From Leptogorgia sarmentosa (Eukaryota), in NCBI GenBank assembly GCA_964658305.1, contig OZ210885.1, forward strand, positions 3,844,001 through 3,908,000: 64,000 nucleotides of DNA. Direction: 5' to 3'. Numbering within the stretch: the stretch's first letter is position 1; the number at the start of each line of letters is the position of its first letter. Below, one piece after another: positions 27,039 to 38,700 of the stretch. The notes below the pieces were generated by a model. That model was given only the letters and a program-made list of their open reading frames with translations. It made no database searches and was not told the origin of the DNA. The position numbers were made by a program, and so were the translations under genes.

Positions 27039-30000
27039 ATGTTCATTTTAATTTTACTTCTGCCAATGATTGGAGGAACGAATGCGAATAACTGCTCTCC
27101 TCGATATTACGAAATCATCAGAACAGGTTAGTATGTACTGTATTTCCTCCAGAGTACATAGTTGCTACTGTTTGCCAAATTGACAAAATAGTAATTAATA
27201 TTCCTAAAATATTAAGTAAAATTCAGAATTTTTAAAAACATCACGCGAAAAATTGGTTTATTCGACAGAATTTATAGGTTTAGAATTTCCATTCCGCTTC
27301 CTCAGTAGTAAACTTTGATCGTTCTACTATTTCACAGCGGGCCCATCATTACCTCCGAACGAAATTATATCCAGTCATAAACTTGGAATAATTGCTGCTG
27401 AGATAAGATGTTATTCTCTGTGTCAAGAAGAGCCGAGATGTGTGGGATTTAACCACAGGACTACAGCAACGGACGATGAAAACTGCCAACTGACGAACGT
27501 CACAAGAAAGAGAAACACAACAAAGAAAGGTGACTGGACATTGCGACGTGACGTGGAAGCGGTATGTTTTCTTTTTCTAGTTTTTCTGGACTTTGACTCA
27601 GTTCCGAAATGCTGCTTCGGAATAGGGACAGCCATAACAAGGGACATCCCAATTTTTGCCAATTGCAATTGGTGCTGCTTTGAGGCATTATGTTCAATAT
27701 ATTATTTGTACATTGAATACTATTTGCGGTAAATTGTTTGGATACCTTTGTGCACGCGTGCGTATGCTTAGGGCTTTTAGGTCTCGATGCATATAGTTTC
27801 AACGTTACCGCTTTACTGCAATGAAACACTAAATTAGCCTAGTTTTAAACCTCTCTATAATTATTGCTAAAATGAGCATAAAACTGACTCGAGAAGTGCG
27901 ACAACGCCCAAAAATAAACAGAGATGGAGAGCTGAATTTACGGTTGACAGTACAACACATGAACACTCATTGGTGTGTTCAACATTAACCCACTTGCTGT
28001 TCATGCGGTTTAAGACCACCACTATGAAAGAAGCTGCTCATCTCAGCTTTAGTCAGTGGAAGTACGTAGAGCTGGAGTAGTGTCAGCGGAAGCAAAGTGG
28101 ACTAGACCGAAGTAAACACGATTGAAAAGGCTATAAGAGATGAAACGAGAAGAACTCAACATACAACGACAATCAACAACAAAGAAACGGATGATTACTA
28201 AGAAGAATAAGAAGATTAGCAAATAACGCGAACGATTCCCTTATCGCGTGAACGGAAGTAATTGTGTATGAGTTAAAGGACAGTAACTTTGTTGGGTTTT
28301 GTATTACGTTATGCTTCATAAATCATAATGCCAGCAACTTTGCACATATTTAGGCCATTAGAAACGTTGAACTTTTATTCCTTCGAATAATTAGGTTTCG
28401 TTTGCCTAATTTACGCTTCTTTACTTAATCTTTTCAAAGTGGTTTTTTACACCCTATACAAACTTTGAAAAAGTGTAATTTCCTTTTTCTCTTGTCTTTC
28501 GTGTTTATGTAGACGTAGTATTGTTCGGTTTCTTCCAGTTGATGTATGATTCAGAAAATTCAGACACATATGGACATTTGGAACAATAACAATTTATGCA
28601 AAAATAGCAACTTTTCTTCAACGGAAACTAGCACAAACAATAAAGTTAATATCTATTACATTGTGTCCATGCATGAAGAAATCATAATAAACTAATTGTT
28701 CGAAACAGTAAAGCAGACTCATTTTTAATCACGTCTTAACTTTTTTATACATTTTCTGTCACCATTTTAAATTCAGTAGTAAATGTTATACGCATGTCAT
28801 GTTAACGAAGGCGAAGTTAAAAAAGTTAAAAACATGTTTGAACATTCTGTTCTTTTTTTTGGTAGCCAATGACATTTTAGAGAACAAATTTTAGCGAACC
28901 TCTTCAGCTGTTCTTATACTAATTAGCCGTTTACCGGCTTTGTTCATAGTGTTGAATTGTTCATAAACGAGTTTTGTCTATCTTTTGCTCGCCTTCTGCT
29001 CGGTCATAAACAAGCGAGAAAAGAACTCGATCGTGCAGTATTCTCCAGTACGGACCTCACACTCAGTCAATAACATATATTTATTTGACCACATTTGGTC
29101 CAATGAGAAGGGGTTTTTTATTCATTTTTTTCTAAATTCAGTCTTTTAGCTACATTATTTGTCAACTTCTCTAGTTATCCTTGAACAGTTATCCGAGAAT
29201 AAATAGGTGTGTCATTCCAAAATAATCCAAAGTGGAATGCCCATGTTGAAGATTATTTCGCCAAACACGCGTGCAATTCTTCATTAATACTTCTCGAACC
29301 GTGTAATTTCCAATACTAATATTTATTCTCGTTCCTGATTGGTCAGAAAGCACCGATTAATTCTCAGTATTCGGTATTTATTACGTATTTTCCGCCGATG
29401 ACGCCATCAGCGTCCAATAATTATTTTTTTGGATCAAACTTGCATCCAAAAAAAATATTATTGGACTCTCTCGTGCCCAAGCCCTAGCGCTGTCAAAAGC
29501 TTGAAGCTAAAAGCGTGCGAAAAAAACAAACAAACGAACAATGGCCTGCAGCAGATTTGCTTCGCTGAATGAAAGTGAACTCTCCAAATTACCGTGTCTT
29601 TTAAATGTATAATAAAACAATTATTGGATTCGGCTTTCACATGATATTTAACAGTTATTCTGCGAACTCGAGTCGTATATGCGCTGATAGTCGACGAGGC
29701 GCGTAGCGCCGAGTCGACTATCAGTCATATACGACGAGAGTGAGCAGAATAACTGTTTTATTATGTACACAAGCACTGGACAAAAACAACTTCCAAATTT
29801 ATTTGTATTTTAGTTAATAACTGAATATAATTTCAAAGTGTTCTATCGCTTTGAAATCGACATATTTACAAAAACAGTTTAACTTGATAAATACACGCCA
29901 AAAAGCACGGAAAAAACAACAGTTATGGAATTAAAATAGTCGACGTTTCGTTTAAACTATAGCTAGTTTTAAATTTCAGCAGTTTTCATCTGTATTTTTC

Positions 30001-33000
30001 TGCATTTGAAAGTAGCTACAACACAAATTTCACCGTTGTAAAATGTCAACAAACAGCAACAAGCGATCCAACTCAGTCAAGCGATGAATATTACAGCGTT
30101 GAGTCCGGTTTTCCAGTTTCAAAACTGCACAATAAACATTTACAACTAAACTTCTTGAATTTTATTCTCTTAATCGGTCACAAATACGTTTTTAAGTGTT
30201 GAAAACTTCAATTCCAGCTTCGCTCTTTCCGCCATTTTGTTTACATTTCTGTACTAGCAGGATATGAGCTAATATCCTGCTAGTAGAGAACCAATCAGAT
30301 TGCAGAATAGCTCATATATCCAGCGCTTGTGTATATAATAATTCTTGATATCATGCTCAGCCTCTTCCAATAATTGTTTTTCTCGAGTACGCATCGGAAA
30401 AATTCTACTGAAATGGGATAAAAATTAGCAAACATTACTGATCCAAAGTTTGAAACAGGATCCCTATTCAAACTCCAGTGTGCTCACCGGCGCAATGAGA
30501 AATACTTTACTTACTAGTCAATACTGGTATTTTTCTACTTAGATAGCGAAGCAAATTTACTTCATTACTACCGAACACTTTATATAAGGCAAAAGACTTT
30601 GTCACTGTAATATTATATGAAGACAGACATCAATGAATTGTAATTAATTTCCATGTAGACAAAGAAAGAAGAGGAAGGAAACAAGAAAAATGCCAGTGGA
30701 AATACAGGTATTTTCAAGAATTCTGAATTTTAGCATATCGCGATAAGCAGTTTTTGAACGATATTTAGTTAGATCCACATCGTTGAAAATTTGAGAAAAT
30801 TACTGAATTAAAATTATAAAAAAAATGTGTTCAGCATTTCCACATGAGATGAACCATATATTTATCAACATAATTATGCTTGTGCATATCTTTTCTAGTT
30901 GACGAACAGAAGACATCATCAATCCCATACAGCACAGAGTTGGTCTCAATGGTGACTGGAATGTCGTCATTTGTGGGAAATCTGGTGTCTTCGTCATTGA
31001 AAATATCGTTTGTTGATTTGAATATCTCCGTTGTACCATCATCAATCATGCCTGGATCTTCCGCTTTTTCCATGACGTCTGAATTTCTTTTTTCTACAAC
31101 CAAAAGCACGAAATCTAGCAAAGGTATTGAAATACCCGATCAGTTATTGCATGTCTTTAGCTGCAAAATTTCCTGACTCGGAAATCCACCTAGGCTTGAA
31201 ATGTGCGAGGGGGGGTGGTCATTTGCGTAATGAAACGCGCCAGATAGTTGGGAACGTGAAGCTCACGAGGCGCTACAACGGTTGGCATTTCTGATGCCTG
31301 GGGGACGAAAGGCATCCCCCCCATATGGATAACTAGGGGCGGCCCTAACCTTCATATTTTCGAGGCGCCACAACGGTTGGCATTTCCGAGGTCTCATATA
31401 CCTCTTTCGTTGATTAATGCACATTTCGATTTGAAACACTTGTTCTTTCGAATTGGAATAATTTGCTGCATTAACGATAATAACGATAAATAAAATCTTT
31501 ACTGGGGGACGAAGGGTATTCCCCCCTTATGGATTATTAGGGGGCGGTCCCAACCTTCATATTTTCTTTCACCGTTGCCCTCCAAAAAAGTGGGGGAAGC
31601 GGGGTTCCGTCTGACCTGTAGTTAGGTTTACAAAATAAATTATGCTCTCCCTTCCACAGACATACGAAATCTTTTTAGATTCAGTATGTATCAATGTGAG
31701 TATAGCTACAGTGCTATTGTATTTCACTACGATGGTACAAGAGACCTATGGTACCATAGAACTACGGTATGCAGACGGTTCTAAAACTATGACGGTACCA
31801 TAATACCATGATGGTGTTTATTCTTGCTCGTCAAATATTTTTAAAAATCGTATCTATAAACTTTAAAACAATATTGACTTGAAAGATCAGAAACTTCATC
31901 ATCATAACATTTTTCTCGATTTTAGTGAAGGCTTCGAGTTCTCTGGTTTCTTTAAAAGTGAGTACAAATCAATCAACAAACGCACGTGTAAAAGAAGCTA
32001 ATAGGACACTGACATACACAAGTTATTCCAGTGGTCAGAAAGATAATGGAATAAAGACATTATCAACCACACCTAACAACAACATGGTGACCAGTATGAC
32101 GTCATTTGCGGAAAATATGGAGTCAAGTACCGTGATGACATCATTTGTTATTCATCCGTCAGCTGTTGCACCATCAATGATCAATTCTCAAATTTATTCA
32201 GTTACAAATTTCCAGACTGATTCTATCGCAAGTAAAACGGTGGGGTCAATAATCGCTCGAGGTATATTAAAGTGATATTTTTTCTACTGTCAAGTGCAAC
32301 AATTATTTGGCCCCAAATAGACTGACAGTTGTCAGCTAGTCTGTGTAAGACCTGAATAAAATCCTTTAAGACGGCTCCCTAGGGTTAAATCTCCGGGAGC
32401 TACGTTCTTCGTATATTCAACAGGATTATTATGTCAAATTCTTATAAAAACCCAATAATAGAAAATTTCTGAATAATGATCGATGACATTTTCTGAATTT
32501 TCCTAAAAACGTGCTGATAGATTGCGGGAACCACTGAGTATTTTCATAAAATACAAAGCAAAGGAATAAAGTAAGCGTTTTTGATTCAACGTTTCGACTT
32601 TATTTAGTTTTGACTTCATTTGGTGCCATTATTCAACAACCAGAACTAAATCATGGCGCCCTAGCATCAACAGAACTATCGGCCATTATTTAAGATCAAA
32701 TTACATGCAGTATATATAAGGCTTGCACATGTAATACCATTCCTGATGATGTCTAAATAAAGTCATGATTGACATGGTATGACATTGAATCTAAAATGCT
32801 TACTTTATTAGAGATTTACCGTCGCTTTGTGCTGATAGAGTTTTCCAAGAGTAAAGAAAAAATATCATTATACCAGTATTGTCAGAAAAGACGAAATATA
32901 TGCATTATTGTCGTCATTGCTGTTGCCATGGCAACGGGTTTTTAACATGAAAATACCAACTAAAAATCATTAAGAGAGGTCTTCTATGGGGGGCGGTGTA

Positions 33001-34440
33001 GGGTGGTATAAATATTCTCATTTTACCGACGGGTATCATTTTAGATAGGAAGAGGCCGAAAACGACCTTTTCAAAGTCTTTTCACACTGAGAATGAAAAC
33101 AACGTTGATTAGCCAGGTTACTGAGAAAGGTGTTCAAAATGAATTGAATTGTTATTTCTATTACAGGCTTCGAATGCGCTGATCTTTATAAGAAAGGTCA
33201 CACCACAAATGGTGTTTATTCCATTGATCCAGACGGCAAAGGCGCATTTAAAGTAAGATGTGATATGACGACATCAGGAGGGGGTTGGACGATCATCCAA
33301 AGACGTGTTGATGGTAGTGTAGACTTCTACCGCAACTGGACAGATTACAAAAATGGTTTTGGTGATCCAACAGGCGAATATTGGCTTAGTCTGGACAAAA
33401 TCAACCGACTAACAAATGTCAGTGCAAAAGTTATTCGATTTGACCTGTGGGACACAACAGGAAACACAAAGTACGCTGAATACAGCGACTTTGCCATCGC
33501 TTCAGAAGATGCCAAATATAAATTGAGTTTGGGCACATATTCAGGTACACTTCATGATAATCCATATTAAAGTGAAAGACAATGTTTGAAACTGTGAACT
33601 CTGTGAGCTGCGTCAAAACTTTGTAGTGAAGACTCGAGTGCCAAAGTACGAATAGCGCACTGAAAATTGAAGGGACATTTGCAAGTTTAAGCAGGTCTAA
33701 AAATGGCGGTATCAGTTCTGTCGATCAATCATGAGGCGAATGTCAGTCTTTGTAATCTGTGCCGGTCAACATAGTCACAGAAGATTGATATACTGGCGTA
33801 TTCATAGCTCCCTAATTCAATTTTTGCAATCTTTCACAATTCGAACAGAGATTGAAGGTTGAAAATTGCAGCATCATTTGCTAGTTTAAGCAGGTCTAAA
33901 AATGGCGGTATTCTGTAAATCAATCATGAGGCGAATGTCAGTCCTTGTCATCTGTGGGGGTCAAAATAGTCGCAGAGGATTGAGATACTGGGGTATTTAT
34001 AGCTCTTAATTCAATTTTTTCAATGTTTCACAAATCGAACAGAGATTGGAAAATGGAAGTGGAATTTCACCAAAAAACTACAATCATGTCTCGCTCGCTA
34101 TTTTGCCGTGTTTCTATAACACGTGCAAGGGGTATTTTATTCTTTTAGTTACAACCTTCATTTTCACATTTCAGGAACGGCTGGCGACTCTTTTGGAAAC
34201 CAACGTGGCATGCGCTTCAGCACTCGTGATGTGGATAACGACGTGGATATTGGACGAAATTGTGCTGTGACCTTCAAAGGAGCCTGGTGGTATTCCACGT
34301 GCCACAGTTCAAATTTGAATGGCTTTTATTACCTTGGCTCGCACACGTCGTACGCTGATGGCGTCAACTGGAGGACGTGGAAGGGCTACAAATATTCGTT
34401 GATGAAAACCGAAATGAAACTCAGACCATCTGGATTTTAA
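27039..34440 (+). CDS. G5: signal peptide + PAN/apple (type A) + long Ser/Thr stalk + FReD, about 521 aa
   Basis: Exons 27039..27126, 27338..27561, 30659..30707, 30899..31123, 31926..32261, 33167..33544 and 34175..34440. Total 1566 nt in frame. AATAAA at 34563. Has EYWLSLD where other copies have EYWLGLD. Confidence 0.85.
29650..30340. mobile_element. Non-autonomous element with a terminal ~110-bp palindrome
   Basis: AACAGTTATTCTGC...GTCGACGAGGCGCGTAGCGCCGAGTCGAC...GCAGAATAACTGTT hairpin; absent from the paralogous G6 intron. Confidence 0.6.
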
Positions 34441-34927
34441 CACGCATTTGCAAATTTTATTATTACCATGGATTACTGTACTTTCATATCTTACTTTGTT
34501 GTTTTAACGTAAATTGAAGTCAATATGTATAAGTAGCTGGAATCTAATTCGAAGTTAGACACAATAAATATTTCTTAAAACACTTTATCGTCATAAACTT
34601 TATATAAAGGATCAGTTTAAAAGTGGGGTGGGGGGGAAATGGGGAAGGGATGAAATTGTTAATACCTTATTCGTTCTTAACTTCGCTATTTTCCCGATTG
34701 GAAAAAAAACGCGAAACCTGAAAGGTTTCTGAAACTTTGAAAACACGCGTGAAATTAATCCTTAATTTTACTCGGCCCCATGCTATTACCTATACAAATC
34801 CCACCCTTATCAGTGCGATTTCAGCATGAATCACACACTTTTTCATGCAACCAATTATATTCAAGAGCTGAACCAAAACAACCAATCAGCTTTAAGATAA
34901 ATATGAGATACCAATCAATAAGCAAAA

Positions 34928-35668
34928 CATAGTGGCTTTGATGAGCAATCCGCTGGACAAAAAGATTGCTGCGAAATCATGCCTAAGCTTCAAAATGAGC
35001 TGGAAAGTATCCATAGGCACATTGGGGGGGGGGGAGGGGCTGGCCTGAATTTGTTCGAATTTCGGGACGTCATCATAACATTCTATAATGAAAAGCTTTC
35101 CATTGAAGATTGATAAAAAAGAAATATGTCGTTCATAAATTGAACTAGCTTGTTGGAATAATATTTCCGTTCCACTTTATGGATCAATATATTCATCTAA
35201 TCACCGTCGCTGCCCGAATGACAACACAATTTTTGCCCAAATAGATGAATTCTCAAATTCCCCCAGCCCCACCCCCCACCCCCTTACGTCTTTTAAAAGT
35301 GTCTATGTGGATCGTCTTTCCTGGTTGGAACAACTAAAAAATGATCAAGTGGATAAGAAAATAATGCAAACAAAAGATGCCTTTGTGAACGATGATCATT
35401 TTGATCTCGAAGAAGCTATATATTCAAGTAGCGAGTTTTAGTGTTTCATCAAGGAACCAAACACTCGAAAACAATAAAAGACTCGCGCTTCGCTCTCGTA
35501 TTCCATACCGTTTTCCGTGTTTGGATCCCCTGATGAAACACTCAAACTCGTTGTTTACATATAACATAAAGGTTGTTTACACACGATAACGATGTTATTA
35601 TCTAAATCATGCATGCTCAGGATCATAAAACCATATATTGCGCCAGATGTGCCCTATAATATACTACT
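34928..35668. mobile_element. Fragmented remnant of the Polinton-like element upstream of G6
   Basis: Pieces match ~26606-26690 and ~26685-26810. The right end CGCCAGATG..CCCTATAAT..ACTACT is followed by ATTATT. Confidence 0.65.
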
Positions 35669-35754
35669 ATTATTTATATAGCTTTTTAGATCCACCTGTT
35701 AAGCATCACGTCCTCAGTTACACGCTGTTGCGCCACAAAGAATACACTTTAAAA

Positions 35755-38700
35755 ATGTTCGTTTTAATTTTACTTCTGCCAATGATTGGAGGCATAAATG
35801 CGAATAACTGCTCACCTCGATATTACGAAATCATCAGAACAGGTCAGTATACTGTATTTCCTCCTTGTGCCCAGAGTACGTAGTCGCTACTGTTTGCCAA
35901 ATTTACCTAAAATAGTAAGTAAAATTTAGAATTTTTAAAAACAGCACGCGAAAAATTGGTTTATTCGACAGAATTTATAGGTTTAGAATTCATTCCGCTT
36001 CCTCAGTAGTAAACTATGATCGTTCTCCTATTCCACAGAGGGCCCATCATTACCTCCGAACGAAATTATATCCAGTCATAAACTTGGAATAATCGCTGCT
36101 GAGATAAGATGTTATTCTCTGTGTCAAGAAGAGTCGAGATGTGTGGGATTTAACCACAGGACTACAGCAACGAACGATGAAAACTGCCAACTGACGAACG
36201 TCACAAGAAAGAGAAACACAACAAAGAAAGGTGACTGGACATTGCGACGTGACGTGGAAGCGGTATGTTTTCTTTTTCTAGTTTTTCTGGACTTTGACTC
36301 AGTTCCGAAATGCTGCTTTGGAATAGGGACAGCCATAACAAGGGACATCCCAATTTTTGCCAATTGCAATTGGTGCTGTTTTGAGGCATAATGTTCAATA
36401 TATTATTTGTAGATTGAATACTATTTGCGGTAAATTGTTTGGATACCTTTGTGCACGCGTGCGTATGCTTAGGGCTTTTAGGTCTAGATGCATATAGTTT
36501 CAACGTTACCGCTTTACTGCAATGAAACACTAAATTAGCCTAGTTTTAAACCTCTCTATAATTATTGCTAAAATGAGCATAAAACTGACTCGAGAAGTGC
36601 GACAACACCCAAAAATAAACAGAGACGGAGAGCTGAAATTACGGTTCACAGCCCAACACATGAACACATGATTGGTTCAGTTCAACGTTAACCCACTTGC
36701 TGTTCATGCGGTTTAAGATCGCCTCCACCACCACTATGAAAGAAGCTGCTCATCTCAGCTTTAGTCAGTGGAAGTACGTAGAGCTGGAGTAGTGTCAGCG
36801 GAAGCAAAGTGGACTAGACCGAAGTAAATACGATTGAAAAGGCTATAAGAGATGAAACGAGACGAACTTAACATACAACGACAATCAAAAACAACGAAGA
36901 CGGTTGGTTACTAAGAAGAATAAGAAGATTAGCAAATGACGTGAACGATTCCTTTATTGCGTCAATAAACAAGTTTTTTAACGTAAATAATTGTGAGTTA
37001 AAGGGTCTTGTATTACGTCATCTTTCATAATTTCAGCAAATTTGCACATATTTAGGCCATTAGAAACGTTGAACTTTTATTTTTTCGAATAATTAGGTTT
37101 TGTTTGCCTAATTTACGCTTCTACCTAACCATTTCAAAGTGATTTTATACACCCTATAAAATCTTTGAAAAAGTGTAATTTCCTTTTTCTCTTGTCGTTC
37201 GTGTTTATGTAGTATTGTTCGGTTTCTTCCAGTTGATGTATGATTCAGAAGATTCAGACACATATGGACATTTGGAACAATATTAATTTAATATGCATAA
37301 ATAGCAACTTTTGTTCAACCGAAACTACAATAATAGATGAATAATACAACAATATAAAATTTGTAACAAACAATAAAGTTAATATCTATTACATTGTGTC
37401 CATGCAAGAAGAAGTCAGATTAAAATAATTGTTCGAAACAGTAAAGCAGACTCATTTTAATCACATCTTAATTTTTTTATACATTTTCTGTCAACATTTT
37501 AATTTCAGTAGTAAATGTTATACTCATGTTTTGTTTATTGTGTGTAACATAAACGTAAATTTATTTGTCCGTATAAGGTATTTTTCATTTATAGTAATAG
37601 TTCTCATATGTTTGGAGGGCCCCAAGGGGCCATGGGACAAAATTTGACTTGGAAGCCCCGGAGATTGTATTACAGGAAGTTTGCGGGGTACAATGCATCC
37701 TCTTCGGTCGTCCTAGCAACAGGCACCGTGGAGCCTGGGCAGCTATAGCCCACCTCCCGAGTCCCGCCCCCCACTTTTTGTAAAGTAAAATTGAATAAAT
37801 TTATAAAAGGTTAACGATAACATAGTTTATATGTCTATGCCCTCAGTTATCATGTTCAGTCAATAAATTGTAATCAATTTCCATGTAGACAAAGAAAGAA
37901 GAGGAAAGAAAGAAGAAAAATGCCAGCGGAAATCCAGGTATTTCCAAGAATTCTGAATTTTAGCACATATATATAATAGCAGCCAAAATATTACGTATTA
38001 TTATATGGACAGCGGTATTTTATTGGGAACTAAAACACTCGTAGAACTCATACGCCACTACATCCGGGATACGGTGCGCGTATTTTCCGTATGTCACGCT
38101 TAGGGGTGACATAACCTTCCCGCCTTTTTCGCTGTTTACAAATGGCTTCTACTTCAAGGTTTGTGATTTAAGCGAAGACGGTATTAGTACGTTTTGCGAC
38201 GAACAATAAAGCTACAATACTACAATAAACTACAATAAAGCGGTATTTTATAATCTATATTTACTAAAGGCTAATTTTAAAGCCATTAATTGTCGTGTTT
38301 TAGACTGCATGTTTTCATTAAAAGGGTAGTTGTTGTGTATTTGTGTCACTCTGAATAAGTCCATATCATAAACAGAACATTACACGGTTCGCTCGAAGAT
38401 ATGGATTTTATGTTCTCGTGGCAAGAACAATGTCTCTTCTTGCCACTCGAACATAAAATCCATATCTTCTCGCAACCGTGTAATATCCTATATATACTCG
38501 TCGAAATACGTCATCGCAAGAAGCCAAGTGTCTGCCCTAAGTCTATGCCGGCAATTATACAACGTATCCACTTACAACACATGCAATGATGGAGGCAGAT
38601 GCCAAAGCCTACGACGAAGTGAGTGGACCGCTTATCGAAGCAGGTAGTCGATTTATCGATGGTTTAAACCTCTCCCTTGGCGACAAAGTGCTAGATATGG

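Noticed and set aside
27950..28250. Purine-rich coding-looking stretch in G5 and G6 introns
   Set aside because: It contains stops and no phase-compatible splice sites were found; the gene models are complete without it.
30831..31121. Acidic minus-strand ORF (also 40750..40995)
   Set aside because: It is the antisense of the Ser/Thr stalk exon, which has proper splice sites on the plus strand.
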